A stretch of DNA of 60,515 nt, the filler included. It is 4 parts of 4 records of this genome, joined end to end, with 100 filler letters (N's around TTAATTAATTAA, not from the genome) between each part and the next. Parts side by side here need not be neighbours in the genome. Positions count along the whole stretch, not along the records: positions 27,020 to 52,817 come from SRR2962707_4455; positions 52,918 to 60,515 come from SRR2962707_4461; 2 more parts are not named here. The stretch is one strand, 5' to 3'. Every line of letters begins with the position of its first letter. Position 1 is the stretch's first letter. Made by a program: the position numbers and the translations under genes. Under the pieces are notes generated by a model that saw only the letters and a list, made by a program, of their open reading frames with translations, was not told the DNA's origin and did no database searches. This document shows, piece by piece, positions 49,101-55,835 of the stretch.

Positions 49101-51886
49101 GTGACCTGGAGTTGATCGCTGCCCGGGATTATCAGCAGGAGACCCCCTTCGGGGTCTATACCGCCGGAACCGCCGCCGAGGCAAGTGGCGCTCCTGAACG
49201 CCAGAGAGATCCTGATACCTTGCCCAGTGATACCTACGTTCCCGAGGAACCCGGGGAAGAAGATGATCCTGAGGCAGAGGACAAGCCCACCTATCTGAGT
49301 GTTGCCGAAGCCACACCCGGCTCTTTCGCCACGGGTGGTGGCAACGTGCTGGTGCGCGTGGGCCGGGATATGAGGGGCAACGCTTACAACAGCGAAGACT
49401 TGCAGAAGGGAGAGATTTCCGACTGGTTGTGGACCTGGAGTGATCCGGAGAGCGGCGCCCAGGCCTGGTGGCTCAATACCGGCAGTTATGGTGCCGCTGC
49501 CGAACTGATTACCTTTGACGGTATCGGTACTCTCGGTGGCGGTAATCTCTCTGTATCGGTGGGACGGGATTACGGGATTCATGATGATCAGACCGGCGCA
49601 TTGACGCTGACAGTGGGCTCATCGGGGTGGGTGGACTCGACCGGAAATCGCCGGCAATACGGTGGCGGTGATCTGCGCCTGGATGTGAGTGAGAGCATCA
49701 ATCAGGTTGACGCCGCGACCGTTACCGCGAAAGACGGGACCGTAAGTAATCTGCGCGGTGATGTCGTTTTGAAAGCTGGTGAAATCGGACAAGTTTGGAA
49801 AACCTACCAACTTGGCTCAGCTCTGATAACCGATCCGAGGCCGGATGAGGCACTGCTGAACGTCGACAAGCAGGTTCAAGGCGGACTCAACGTGGTCTTG
49901 GGCGATGCCCAGGCCCGGGTACATACCTACGGTGACCAGATTGTCAACGCGGAGAACCTGAACAGCGGCGATGTGAAGCTGTGGACCGAACTGACCGAGG
50001 CTATGCTGTTCAGTGCCGGCGGGAATATGGGGGTAGGAGCAGTATCAAATGACGCCATACTTCTTCCCGCCCGTTTCAGTGTGGTCGCCGCGGAGGGCAC
50101 GATTTATGGCAATGCTTACACTCCTAATGGTTCCCCTTTGGGATGGGTGGCCGACACGTCCGCGGATGGGTGGCTGGAATTTCTGGCCGGAGACGCCATC
50201 TACAACCTGGGGCTGTCTTCAGCCTATGACCCGGATTTGCTCGGTACAGAGGTATCCCCCGCACGGTTCTATGCCCGTGATGGCGATATCTACCAGCTCT
50301 ACTATGGCTACTATGGCATCCGGAGTGAGCGTCTTATCAATCAGGCCGGGCGTCCGGCTCATGTTCGCGCCGGCCGGGATATCGTTGAATATGGGGGCGC
50401 AACCGCGGGGGGCCAGCCATCGGCGCTGGGGCACTATGGACCGACGGACGTTTCGATCATCGAGGCGGGGCGCGATCTGATTCACATCAACACCAAGGTA
50501 ATGGGCGAAGGCACGCTGGAACTGACCGCGGGACGCGGCTTCTATCAGGCAGATCGGGGGCAGATTCGTACTCTCGGGGCTTTTGGTGATGTCGTCGGCG
50601 GTGATCAGAACGGCGGCGCTGACATCGTCATCAATGTCGGCATGGGCGCGTCCGGCCCGGATTATCAGGCGCTCATCGATCGCTATCTGGATCCGGCCAA
50701 TCTGGCCGAGGCCGGAAGGCCTCTGGCCGAGCAACCGGACAAGGTCGTCAAGGTGTACGACGAAGAACTGAGGGCCTGGCTGGAACAGCGTTTCGGGCTA
50801 ACGGGTCTGGACCTCACCGATGCCCTGGCCTATTTCCAGAATCTGGCACCGGAGCAGCAGCGTATCTTCTTGCGCGAGCTCTATTACGCGGAACTGCGGG
50901 AAGGGGGACGGGAGTACACGGATTCCGAAGGACCCCGTTTCGGCAGCTACCTGCGTGGCCGCCGCGTGATCGAGACCCTGCTGCCGGAGATGGACAGCGA
51001 GGCCGGCACCTCGGGCTATGACGGTGACTTCACCATGTTCACGACTCAGGATGGGAATACCGAGCGCTCCGGTCTGATCCGCACCGAAGGCGGCGGCGAC
51101 ATCCAGATGCTGGTGCCCGGCGGTGATTTGATCATCGGCCTGGAATCAGTGCGCCCGGAGAGGGGCGACAATGGCATCCTCACTCAGGGCAGCGGCGATA
51201 TTCAGCTGTTCAGCCAGGGCGATATCGCGCTCGGTCTCTCGCGCATCATGACCACCTACGGCGGCGACATCTTCGCCTGGTCCAACGCTGGTGACATCAA
51301 CGCCGGCCGCGGCGCCAAGACCACCCTGGTGTACACGCCGCCGCGCCGCACCTACGACAGTCTGGGTAATGTCACCCTGTCACCATCCGTGCCGAGTACC
51401 GGCGCGGGCATAGCCACCCTGGCACCGATCCCGGAAGTGCCGCCAGGAGACATCGATCTGATCGCGCCGCTGGGCGTGATCGATGCTGGCGAGGCGGGTA
51501 TCCGTGTCTCCGGCAGCATCAATGTGGCGGCGTTGCAGGTAGTGAACGCGGAAAATATCCAGGTGCAAGGGGATTCCACCGGCCTGCCGGCAGTGGCGGC
51601 GGTGAATGTTGGGGCTCTGACCAGTGCCAGCAACGCCGCCTCCAGTGCGGTACAGGCGGCGGAGCAGGTCGGCCGGCGCTATCAGCAACAACAACCCTCA
51701 ATCATCAACGTGGAGATTCTCGGCTACGGCGAGGAACGTCTGGAAGCGGGAGGCGGTCGGACCAGCGCCGCCCCGGCCTCTCGTCCTGGGGAGGGGATGG
51801 TACAGGTGTTGGGGGCGGGGCCGTTGTCGGCGAACCAGACGGGCATGTTGACGCCCGCTGAGCGCCGGGGACTCGAGTCGCGCTGA
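40166..51886 (+). CDS. Giant filamentous-haemagglutinin-family TpsA exoprotein with C-terminal DUF3739 (PdtA-like), 3906 aa
   Basis: Signal peptide ending QAEA; TPS domain (AILNWETFNVG, LNRVND..PSQIQG, VNRNGVVF); long G/S/T/D-rich beta-helix repeats; C-terminal SRIMTTYGGDI..DINAGRGAKT..GAGIATL..DLIAPLGVIDAGEAGIRVSG..AALQVVNAENI. Confidence 0.93.
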   Translation: MLTKNTRPARRTPVRSVISRKPLALAVASILAVGAGQAEASSPRPFSPEWFAAARGAAAQNRANTAPTARPLAQQRQARERLQHSINNVGRTAAAVAAQRAAQEAARKAAQQAASNIPNGLGEGGLKVDVNPDTAGWLGAKDPTQTTKDGHTTVRIEQTADKAILNWETFNVGRDTTVDFDQQANWAALNRVNDPNARPSQIQGRIQGDGTVMIVNRNGVVFSGSSQVNVRNLVAAAADISDQQFTERGLYVDTNGSQPTFTTAAGNVTVDAGARITTHEPESVTQGGGYVLLMGREVNNAGEITTRRGQTTLAAGEDFYIRKGAGTEANQASTTRGNEVASTWEAGSDAGTATNEGLIVAREGDITLTGHDVRQQGVAMATTTVNTRGTVHLLNSASDTEGKVTLGEGAVTTVVIEDDGETALDNQRDALIESSAELDGLRDDMITGAFDNIGLMADRRDQSRVEIVSGGDVVFEKDSLTLATGGQIAVDAGRRTQLNAGSELDVSGSVGVKVAMESNNVLINVQGNEQRDSPDNRDNGGLNNGDVWVDRRNLIFVPAGTGGYETDRWYTAGGLLEVSGYLDTQGHGIGEWSAAGGTVLLGGSEVVTQTGSSVNLSGGTLDVQTGYIAKTWLKGADGRLYDAATAPASMLYTGIYQGYERVSERWGQTDAWRNPLIAPERQLENGYTVGRDAGTLIINAPTAVLEGDIVAEVFQGERQNQAQDAGRDSYQQAQNRVARRGRLAVGQYGQYGLENAYGSDIRIGEFDDISEQLTLESDLSERLNTVWLDAGRLNEQRLGGLDLVSGGSISVESDLTLAEGGQLRLVSGQVAVDAAVTARGGDTALTNILMPAGTSLTPIAFTDEDGNSELHLTENGQLDARGLWRNGLLESGENWKQAYVDGGDVTIEGTQDVTLAEGSQVDVSSGAALKADGELLGGRGGDITLSASVALNGSIAPDAALSTNGTLRGYGVDGGGVLTIESGQGQAIVLGGTPGNSEEASGEEPASMLRLDEALLQSGFSAYDINGRGGLTVSGGADLAVMMPVLRRTDQAARANSLNQALALWLPPLYLEDPLAGTAQQRRGASLTLTSERRGVFGDIQVQSGAEISVDPGQSIVISGGNTVAVEGTLRAPGGEIAILSSFRYEGTLVIGETAVLDAAGRAYVMTGPAGRRYGEVWDGGTVTLGAYRPEEMNSGTGFLELSDAFVVVREGALIDVSGTRADLDLGTSGSTSVASSGGGLAMRSTSGIYFDGTLRADAGGDDADGGRLDLMLEGNAIYTSDPDDPRAVLRNITISQNGDSGYGEELTFGQARIAVNDLESMGIDHLALWARDGILFDGDTELALGGSLSLSAATLAAASDTPAISVALDAPYVTLAGRTTLPSSADGGGIFPRLDYDNWAPLSAATSDSSRFTVTADLIDLGEGALTFGAQGRYETPAGYAEVDLPGFASVTLHSRGDIRLTNADVMTGKELRFISERLYPTTHSSNLIRVGLSGEGRDADPIEDAVLRFEREGEGDVAAPLSVFGFLTLQAPRIEQAGVLLAPLGRIDFSRDGTERNLKYNTSPRYFSNLDMDVQLEAGSITSISAAGLVLPYGYTTDGLKYFYNGSEVVYDRSGGAGSQGDEQSQRAWGGIYFDSRTFAASEGAVVDVSAGGELRGVGFTSGRGGSVDILNTALVNASPWHAGDSNARVYAIVPGLAEGQAPLDPALDTGSKVGQQIAIGDGVPGLAAGTYTLLPAEYALMPGGFRVELGSDAAQYAVPGIATAASGVYRTVVETTNALTGAAGKLPLWASVMSGDTVRRYASYNETTLSQWMATQLARFGDTSIMQPLLPEQARPLVFDFTNAELTGKAAFQFAGTLVNERVEGGRGGLISFHGNHLEVLGEGSDGTDDRVSLDAGQLNDLDASVLALGLTPPGATGTARSSGSTTVRSGATLRAGTLLLAGNGADAVVVESGAVLDSRERGAAGWTAENGFLIDTDSGTGLLVISNDLMQLGAAEGPGSVRIEDGAALHGEGTVALAAPGGITVGDIDLSARDLLLSLEDINIGTDDALAEAEARGVLSDGWRLNQGILDGLLALGELESFSLQAAGAINFFGPVTLDTYDPATGESRAALRFISPAIYGLGGEGDTVTIRTDRFNWSGLGENRGTPFVPDYVSVTPGEVIDGGAGTGSGGFLVDANEVVFGFNGLVGDQTANATLERLMLGFGEVTFQARERITSDLYGALSVYRQDSDGTRSGGNLTLSSPVLTGQAGSEMTYRTGGNLLVTRPADAAAVDPADLDLGAQLTLEGNSVRVEGSIIAPSGKVAIEATEDLLLADGSLINVAGRAVEFFDVTRYSFGGAVSLESVEGNVQQVAGSRIDVSAPYSDAGKLEATAVNGTVDLAGELVARNPGEDPEGEGEGGTLRIKANTLPGFVALNQRLTDGGFDYLRGFETNEGDLTLGEEVRARHIEATANGGDLIVNGNLRAGGDYAGSIYLAAANDLRVENGATLDASGDQLKLDSYGDPIEGSNRAVINLTSRDGRLVLGDNVTLDVSAGGEARGTVDLNARRLGAPSETSATGNDVAVEAGDNLTVSGAKRVSVNGFWSYDDAPDDTDPEHGNTQVVNQEYLDRIHDDSKDFINAALANDELQQRLASLKDAAGEAFSLRPGVEIVSATEDGNLRIDGDLDFAGYRYGPDADDVVYGSGTAGVFVMRAGGDLDVNGNVTDGFYRPPTTPDDNYNPVVDIDPSLVDGNNRLLAPYVVDEEMTLKAGWDLAMVYTYGGSLPFDLNVNTRIIVRSGGVLPVDVITTRAQLRDTTLTAPILLPEGATVTDRNGTAYVGRIDSGTYIENILLPAGSVFSAGSEISGMAQIFIDSLTLPAGSDLFGLQIQRADEFNESKTLLPQDLLPRGMTINGFEGSLQTQRIVAVASLLPEGMQSWDLKLVAGADLAAADRRSTLEGSEGDLTLSNPFQVRHHSGSADTLEGISVIRTGSGDLELIAARDYQQETPFGVYTAGTAAEASGAPERQRDPDTLPSDTYVPEEPGEEDDPEAEDKPTYLSVAEATPGSFATGGGNVLVRVGRDMRGNAYNSEDLQKGEISDWLWTWSDPESGAQAWWLNTGSYGAAAELITFDGIGTLGGGNLSVSVGRDYGIHDDQTGALTLTVGSSGWVDSTGNRRQYGGGDLRLDVSESINQVDAATVTAKDGTVSNLRGDVVLKAGEIGQVWKTYQLGSALITDPRPDEALLNVDKQVQGGLNVVLGDAQARVHTYGDQIVNAENLNSGDVKLWTELTEAMLFSAGGNMGVGAVSNDAILLPARFSVVAAEGTIYGNAYTPNGSPLGWVADTSADGWLEFLAGDAIYNLGLSSAYDPDLLGTEVSPARFYARDGDIYQLYYGYYGIRSERLINQAGRPAHVRAGRDIVEYGGATAGGQPSALGHYGPTDVSIIEAGRDLIHINTKVMGEGTLELTAGRGFYQADRGQIRTLGAFGDVVGGDQNGGADIVINVGMGASGPDYQALIDRYLDPANLAEAGRPLAEQPDKVVKVYDEELRAWLEQRFGLTGLDLTDALAYFQNLAPEQQRIFLRELYYAELREGGREYTDSEGPRFGSYLRGRRVIETLLPEMDSEAGTSGYDGDFTMFTTQDGNTERSGLIRTEGGGDIQMLVPGGDLIIGLESVRPERGDNGILTQGSGDIQLFSQGDIALGLSRIMTTYGGDIFAWSNAGDINAGRGAKTTLVYTPPRRTYDSLGNVTLSPSVPSTGAGIATLAPIPEVPPGDIDLIAPLGVIDAGEAGIRVSGSINVAALQVVNAENIQVQGDSTGLPAVAAVNVGALTSASNAASSAVQAAEQVGRRYQQQQPSIINVEILGYGEERLEAGGGRTSAAPASRPGEGMVQVLGAGPLSANQTGMLTPAERRGLESR

Positions 51887-51945
51887 TCATCTCGGTTGAA
51901 CCTCGGAGCAAGCCCGCTCCGGGGACATTGCCAGGAGGCACAAGG

Positions 51946-52737
51946 ATGTTCTACGACCGTGACGCGGCCAGTCAGATATTGGCGATGACCCGGGTGACCA
52001 CGCTGGCGCGCCTGCATGCCGCCACCACGTATCTGATTCAGATGCACGGGTTTCGCTTTTACTATTTTTCGCTGCGCGGGCAGCATGCGCTGACAGGCCG
52101 CGACCCGGTCACCTTGCACAATTTGCCGGTCAATGGCCGCCGGCCTGAAATGGATAGAGAGTCGGATCAGGATCCCCTTGTTCATTACGCCGCTACTCGT
52201 ACCCTGCCCATGGATTGGAAGCAGATCATGGCGCTGCCCGGTTACCAGCACCGGGGTTATCTGCGCGTCATGGCGGCGCGGGCCCAACACGGACTATTAA
52301 GTGGTTGCACCGTGCCCTTGAGTCAGGCCAGTGGCGTTTTGGCGCGGCTGGATTTGATCTGTGATCATGATGACGAGGAAGCGGATCTCTGTATTCGCCG
52401 CTACCTGCCATACGCTTCTTTGCTGGGACAGGTCCTGTTGGATAAAACCCGGGGTCTGACCCGGCAAGAAGACGACGACCTGATGGAGCCCGATGGCGGC
52501 ACACCGCTCACTCAACGGGAACGGGAGTGTTTGCTTTGGGCCAGTGAAGGCAAGACCAACGCGGAAATCGGTGCTCTGCTCGGCATCAGCGAACGTACCG
52601 TGGTGTATCACGTTCACCATGCCTGTGAAAAACTCCATGCCCGCAATCGCCAACACGCGGTCACCAAGGCCATCCTGTCTCGAAGGCTGTTTGGTCCCAC
52701 CAGTGATAGTTCCCGGCTGGTTGGTAACATGGTTTAG
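51946..52737 (+). CDS. LuxR-family regulator with an autoinducer-binding-like domain (LuxR solo)
   Basis: GGAGG RBS; GF.FY, DPLV, P..W, HGL.SG.TVPL N-domain; LTQRERECLLWASEGKT..EI..LLGISERTV HTH; no luxI beside it. Confidence 0.9.
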   Translation: MFYDRDAASQILAMTRVTTLARLHAATTYLIQMHGFRFYYFSLRGQHALTGRDPVTLHNLPVNGRRPEMDRESDQDPLVHYAATRTLPMDWKQIMALPGYQHRGYLRVMAARAQHGLLSGCTVPLSQASGVLARLDLICDHDDEEADLCIRRYLPYASLLGQVLLDKTRGLTRQEDDDLMEPDGGTPLTQRERECLLWASEGKTNAEIGALLGISERTVVYHVHHACEKLHARNRQHAVTKAILSRRLFGPTSDSSRLVGNMV

Positions 52738-52746
52738 CGCTTGCCG

Positions 52747-52764
52747 GTGATCGAAGGCGATCAC
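52747..52764 (+). terminator. Hairpin, possible weak terminator after luxR
   Basis: GTGATCG-AAGG-CGATCAC perfect stem 10 nt after the stop; poor U-tract. Confidence 0.35.
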
Positions 52765-52799
52765 ATCTCTGTTGTTCCCCGCTCGACCTACGAAGCCGC

Positions 52800-52817
52800 T
52801 GTAGGAGCTTGCCCTGC
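52800..52817 (+). repeat. Start of a GTAG-family REP element, cut by contig end
   Basis: TGTAGGAGCTTGCCCTGC begins with the GTAGGAGC REP signature; an inverted CCTAC lies just upstream. Confidence 0.55.
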
Positions 52818-52917
52818 NNNNNNNNNNNNNNNNNNNNNNNNNNNNNNNNNNNNNNNNNNNNTTAATTAATTAANNNNNNNNNNNNNNNNNNNNNNNNNNN
52901 NNNNNNNNNNNNNNNNN
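52818..52917. other. Artificial contig spacer (N44-TTAATTAATTAA-N44)
   Basis: Same linker as the other two. Confidence 0.98.
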
Positions 52918-53697
52918 GACAACGCCATGGTGCTGGACGACAGCTTCATTCCGGAAGAGCACGACGAATACTTCCTGGCCCTGGCCAAATTTGTCTCAGA
53001 CGGCCTGGCTGAATGCGGCTACACCTACTGCACCGGTGACATCATGGCCACCAATCCGAAATGGCGACAACCGCTGAGCGTGTGGAAGGATTACTTCACC
53101 GACTGGATCGACAACCCCAAAGCCGAAGCCCTGCTCAACAGCAACATCTTCTTCGACCTGGACGGCATCTACGGCGAAACTGACTATGCCGAACAGCTGA
53201 AAACCCTGATCGTGAACAAGGCCAGCAACAGCCAGCGCTTCCTTACCTTCCTGGCCCGCAATGCCCTGAACCGCACGCCGCCCCTGGGCTTCTTCCGCAC
53301 CTTCGTCCTGGAAGAGGACGGCAAGCACCAGAAAACCTTCAACCTCAAACGCCGCGGCACCGCACCGGTTTCTGACCTCATTCGGGTGCACGCCCTGGCC
53401 TGCGGTTCCCGCTCCCAGAACTCCTTCGAACGCCTGCGCGACATCGCCAAAACCAAACTCATGCTGGACGACGACGCCGGCAACCTGCGGGATGCCCTGG
53501 AATTCATCTCCATCGTCCGCATTCGCCATCAGGCACTGGCCATCGAAGAGGGCCGCGACCCGGACAACAACGTGCGCCCGGAGGACCTGTCGCCATTTGA
53601 ACGCAGCCACCTGAAAGACGCCTTCCAGATCGTCAGCAACGCCCAGAAATTCCTGCGCTTCCGCTATAACGCCGGGGGAGCCACCCGGAATGTCTAG
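52918..53697 (+). CDS. DUF294 nucleotidyltransferase-like protein, C-terminal part (5' cut)
   Basis: DNAMVL, CGYTYCTGDIMATNPKWRQPL..W, IFFD, TPPLGFFRTFVLE, NLKRRG, ERSHLKDAF. Confidence 0.9.
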   Translation, partial: DNAMVLDDSFIPEEHDEYFLALAKFVSDGLAECGYTYCTGDIMATNPKWRQPLSVWKDYFTDWIDNPKAEALLNSNIFFDLDGIYGETDYAEQLKTLIVNKASNSQRFLTFLARNALNRTPPLGFFRTFVLEEDGKHQKTFNLKRRGTAPVSDLIRVHALACGSRSQNSFERLRDIAKTKLMLDDDAGNLRDALEFISIVRIRHQALAIEEGRDPDNNVRPEDLSPFERSHLKDAFQIVSNAQKFLRFRYNAGGATRNV

Positions 53698-54412
53698 CGT
53701 GATCAAAAGCGGCAACAGCAAGCAGAATTGGCCAGAGAACTACCGCAAAGGCGCCGAACAGGCGAAAGACATCAGAATCCGCGCCTTCTACGAAGCCGGC
53801 TGCCCCAGTCCGGACACGCCTGTCCGGGATGTCCCCTTAGTGGCCCTGGACTTCGAAACCACTGGCCTGGAAGCCGACCAGCATTCCATCGTCAGCATCG
53901 GCCTGGTGCCCTTTACCCTGACAGGCATCCAGCTCGGCCAATGCTGGCACCAGGTGGTTCGCCCCAGACTGCCCCTGCACAAAACCTCTGTGACCATCCA
54001 CGGCATTACCCACAGCGAAATCGAAAACGCCCCGGACCTGGAAGACGTACTCGACCCGCTGTTCGAACACCTCAACGGCCGAATCCCCGTGGTGCACTAC
54101 CGCAACATCGAACGCCCGTTCCTGAACACCGCCCTGCAGTGGCGCCTGAACGAACAACTCCGCTTCCCGGTCATCGACACCATGGCCATCGAAGCGCACC
54201 TGCACCCAAACCGCAACCCCAGCCGCTGGCAGCAACTGATGGGCAAAAAGCCGATCTCCATCCGCCTGGCCGACAGCCGGCTCCGCTACGGCTTGCCCCA
54301 CTATGCCTCCCACAACGCCCTGATCGACGCCATCGCCACCGCGGAACTGCTACAGGCCCAGATCCTGCACCACTTCAGCCCGGAGACCCCCATTGGCGAT
54401 CTGTGGGTGTGA
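53690..54412 (+). CDS. DEDDh 3'-5' exonuclease (DNA pol III epsilon-like)
   Basis: ALDFETTGL, IVSIG, SVTIHGIT, IDTM, HNALIDAIATAEL; overlaps the DUF294 stop. Confidence 0.92.
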   Translation: MSSVIKSGNSKQNWPENYRKGAEQAKDIRIRAFYEAGCPSPDTPVRDVPLVALDFETTGLEADQHSIVSIGLVPFTLTGIQLGQCWHQVVRPRLPLHKTSVTIHGITHSEIENAPDLEDVLDPLFEHLNGRIPVVHYRNIERPFLNTALQWRLNEQLRFPVIDTMAIEAHLHPNRNPSRWQQLMGKKPISIRLADSRLRYGLPHYASHNALIDAIATAELLQAQILHHFSPETPIGDLWV

Positions 54413-54473
54413 TGCCATAGCCCCAAGCCCCGGCAACCGATAGAATGTCCCCAAACCAGCCAAAGGGACCGAA

Positions 54474-55052
54474 GTGACCACACCAACCGCCAAAACCACC
54501 CCCCTGGACGCCTTCCGCCGCGCCAGAAGAATGTGGCTAAAAGGGGAAAAAATCAGCCTGGCCGCCCTCGCCGACGACCTCCACATCGGCCGCGCCACCC
54601 TGTTCCGCTGGGTTGGTAACCGCGACCTGCTGATTGGTGAAATCCTGTGGTCCCTGTACGAGCCCCTGTACAAAGAAGCCCGCGCCGTTACCCCCGGCCA
54701 TGGCGTCGACTACGTGGTGGGCGTGTTCCGCCACATCAACATGACTATCCTGCACTTCGCGCCGCTGCGAAAGTTCCTGCATCAGGACCCGGAATACGCC
54801 CTGAAAATGCTCACTTCCTCCCACTCCACGCTGCACGCCCGCACCGTGGAAGTGAACACCCGCCTGCTCAAAGACGAAGTGCGCGCAGGCCATCTGAGCC
54901 CACCCATGAACATCCAGAGCTTGTCCTACTTCATGGTACGAATTGCCGAATCCTGCCTGTACAGCGACATCATTGGCGGCCGCGAACCCCGCGATGAAGA
55001 GCTTGAGGATGCCTGCACTGCCGTGCGCATATTGCTGGGCGGAAAGGTCTGA
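54474..55052 (+). CDS. TetR-family regulator (QsdR-like)
   Basis: ALADDLHIGRATLFRWVGNRDLLIGEILW HTH; FL..DPEYAL..LT. Confidence 0.85.
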   Translation: MTTPTAKTTPLDAFRRARRMWLKGEKISLAALADDLHIGRATLFRWVGNRDLLIGEILWSLYEPLYKEARAVTPGHGVDYVVGVFRHINMTILHFAPLRKFLHQDPEYALKMLTSSHSTLHARTVEVNTRLLKDEVRAGHLSPPMNIQSLSYFMVRIAESCLYSDIIGGREPRDEELEDACTAVRILLGGKV

Positions 55053-55135
55053 GCTCCTGATACCGCTGGAAACCTGGCCAGCCTGGGATTACTCTTTGCT
55101 GACAGTCACAGGAAATCACCAGCAAGGAGTGCACC

Positions 55136-55759
55136 ATGAACCCCCGAACCACCCAACCTCGCCTCAGCGTACTGCACGCCAGCCTGCTACTGCTCAGCCT
55201 GGCCCTGGCACCGTTAGCCCACAGTGAAAACCTCACCGAAGACGATGTCACTTCCTTCATCGCCAGCATGGAAGCCATGCAGCCCCTGATCGACAAGCAT
55301 CAGGACTTCATCGAGTCCATCGAAGATCCAGCCGACGATGAGCGGGAAGTGGATTTCGCCCGGATGATGTCCTCGATGGTGGACGAAGTGAAAGGCCACG
55401 AAATGTATGACGACCTGGACGACCTGGTCGATGACTTCGGCTTCTCCAGCCCGGAAGCCTGGGCCCGCAAAGGCGACCGCATCGTCAGCGCCTGGTTTGC
55501 CATTGAAATGGAAGCCCAGCCCGACATGGCACCGGATATCGCGGAGATGGAGCGCGCCATTGCCGAGATGGAAAACAATCCCGACATGCCCGAAGCCGCC
55601 AAAGCCCAGATGCGCGAAATGATGGAACAGATGATGGTGACCGTCAAAAGCGCATCCAGTGCGGCGAAGCAAGTGAGCGATGCCGACAAACGTGCTGTCC
55701 GCCCCCACGTAGAACGCCTCAAGGCTGTGATGGAGCAGGACGAGAGCGACTACGAATAA
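55136..55759 (+). CDS. Exported Met/Glu/Asp-rich helical hypothetical protein
   Basis: AAGGAG RBS, signal peptide ending LAHS, followed by a terminator. Confidence 0.75.
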   Translation: MNPRTTQPRLSVLHASLLLLSLALAPLAHSENLTEDDVTSFIASMEAMQPLIDKHQDFIESIEDPADDEREVDFARMMSSMVDEVKGHEMYDDLDDLVDDFGFSSPEAWARKGDRIVSAWFAIEMEAQPDMAPDIAEMERAIAEMENNPDMPEAAKAQMREMMEQMMVTVKSASSAAKQVSDADKRAVRPHVERLKAVMEQDESDYE

Positions 55760-55774
55760 AACGCTCCCCAAAAA

Positions 55775-55814
55775 CAAAACCCCGGTACTGTCGCCAGCAC
55801 CGGGGTTTCTTTTT
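55775..55814. terminator. Bidirectional rho-independent terminator
   Basis: AAACCCCGGTACTG-TCGC-CAGCACCGGGGTTT stem, T-tract after and A-tract before, between convergent genes. Confidence 0.85.
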
Positions 55815-55835
55815 GCTGCCTGAGCAGCGAGGCGA

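Noticed and set aside
40166-51886. TpsA as a CDI toxin; several RGD tripeptides
   Set aside because: No VENN/toxin tip or immunity gene seen; RGD is expected by chance in a 3906-aa G/D-rich protein.
27715-52737. Calling the locus entirely novel
   Set aside because: Gene content matches the described P. aeruginosa sigma-VreI regulon; novelty is limited to mechanism, arrangement, promoters and added genes.
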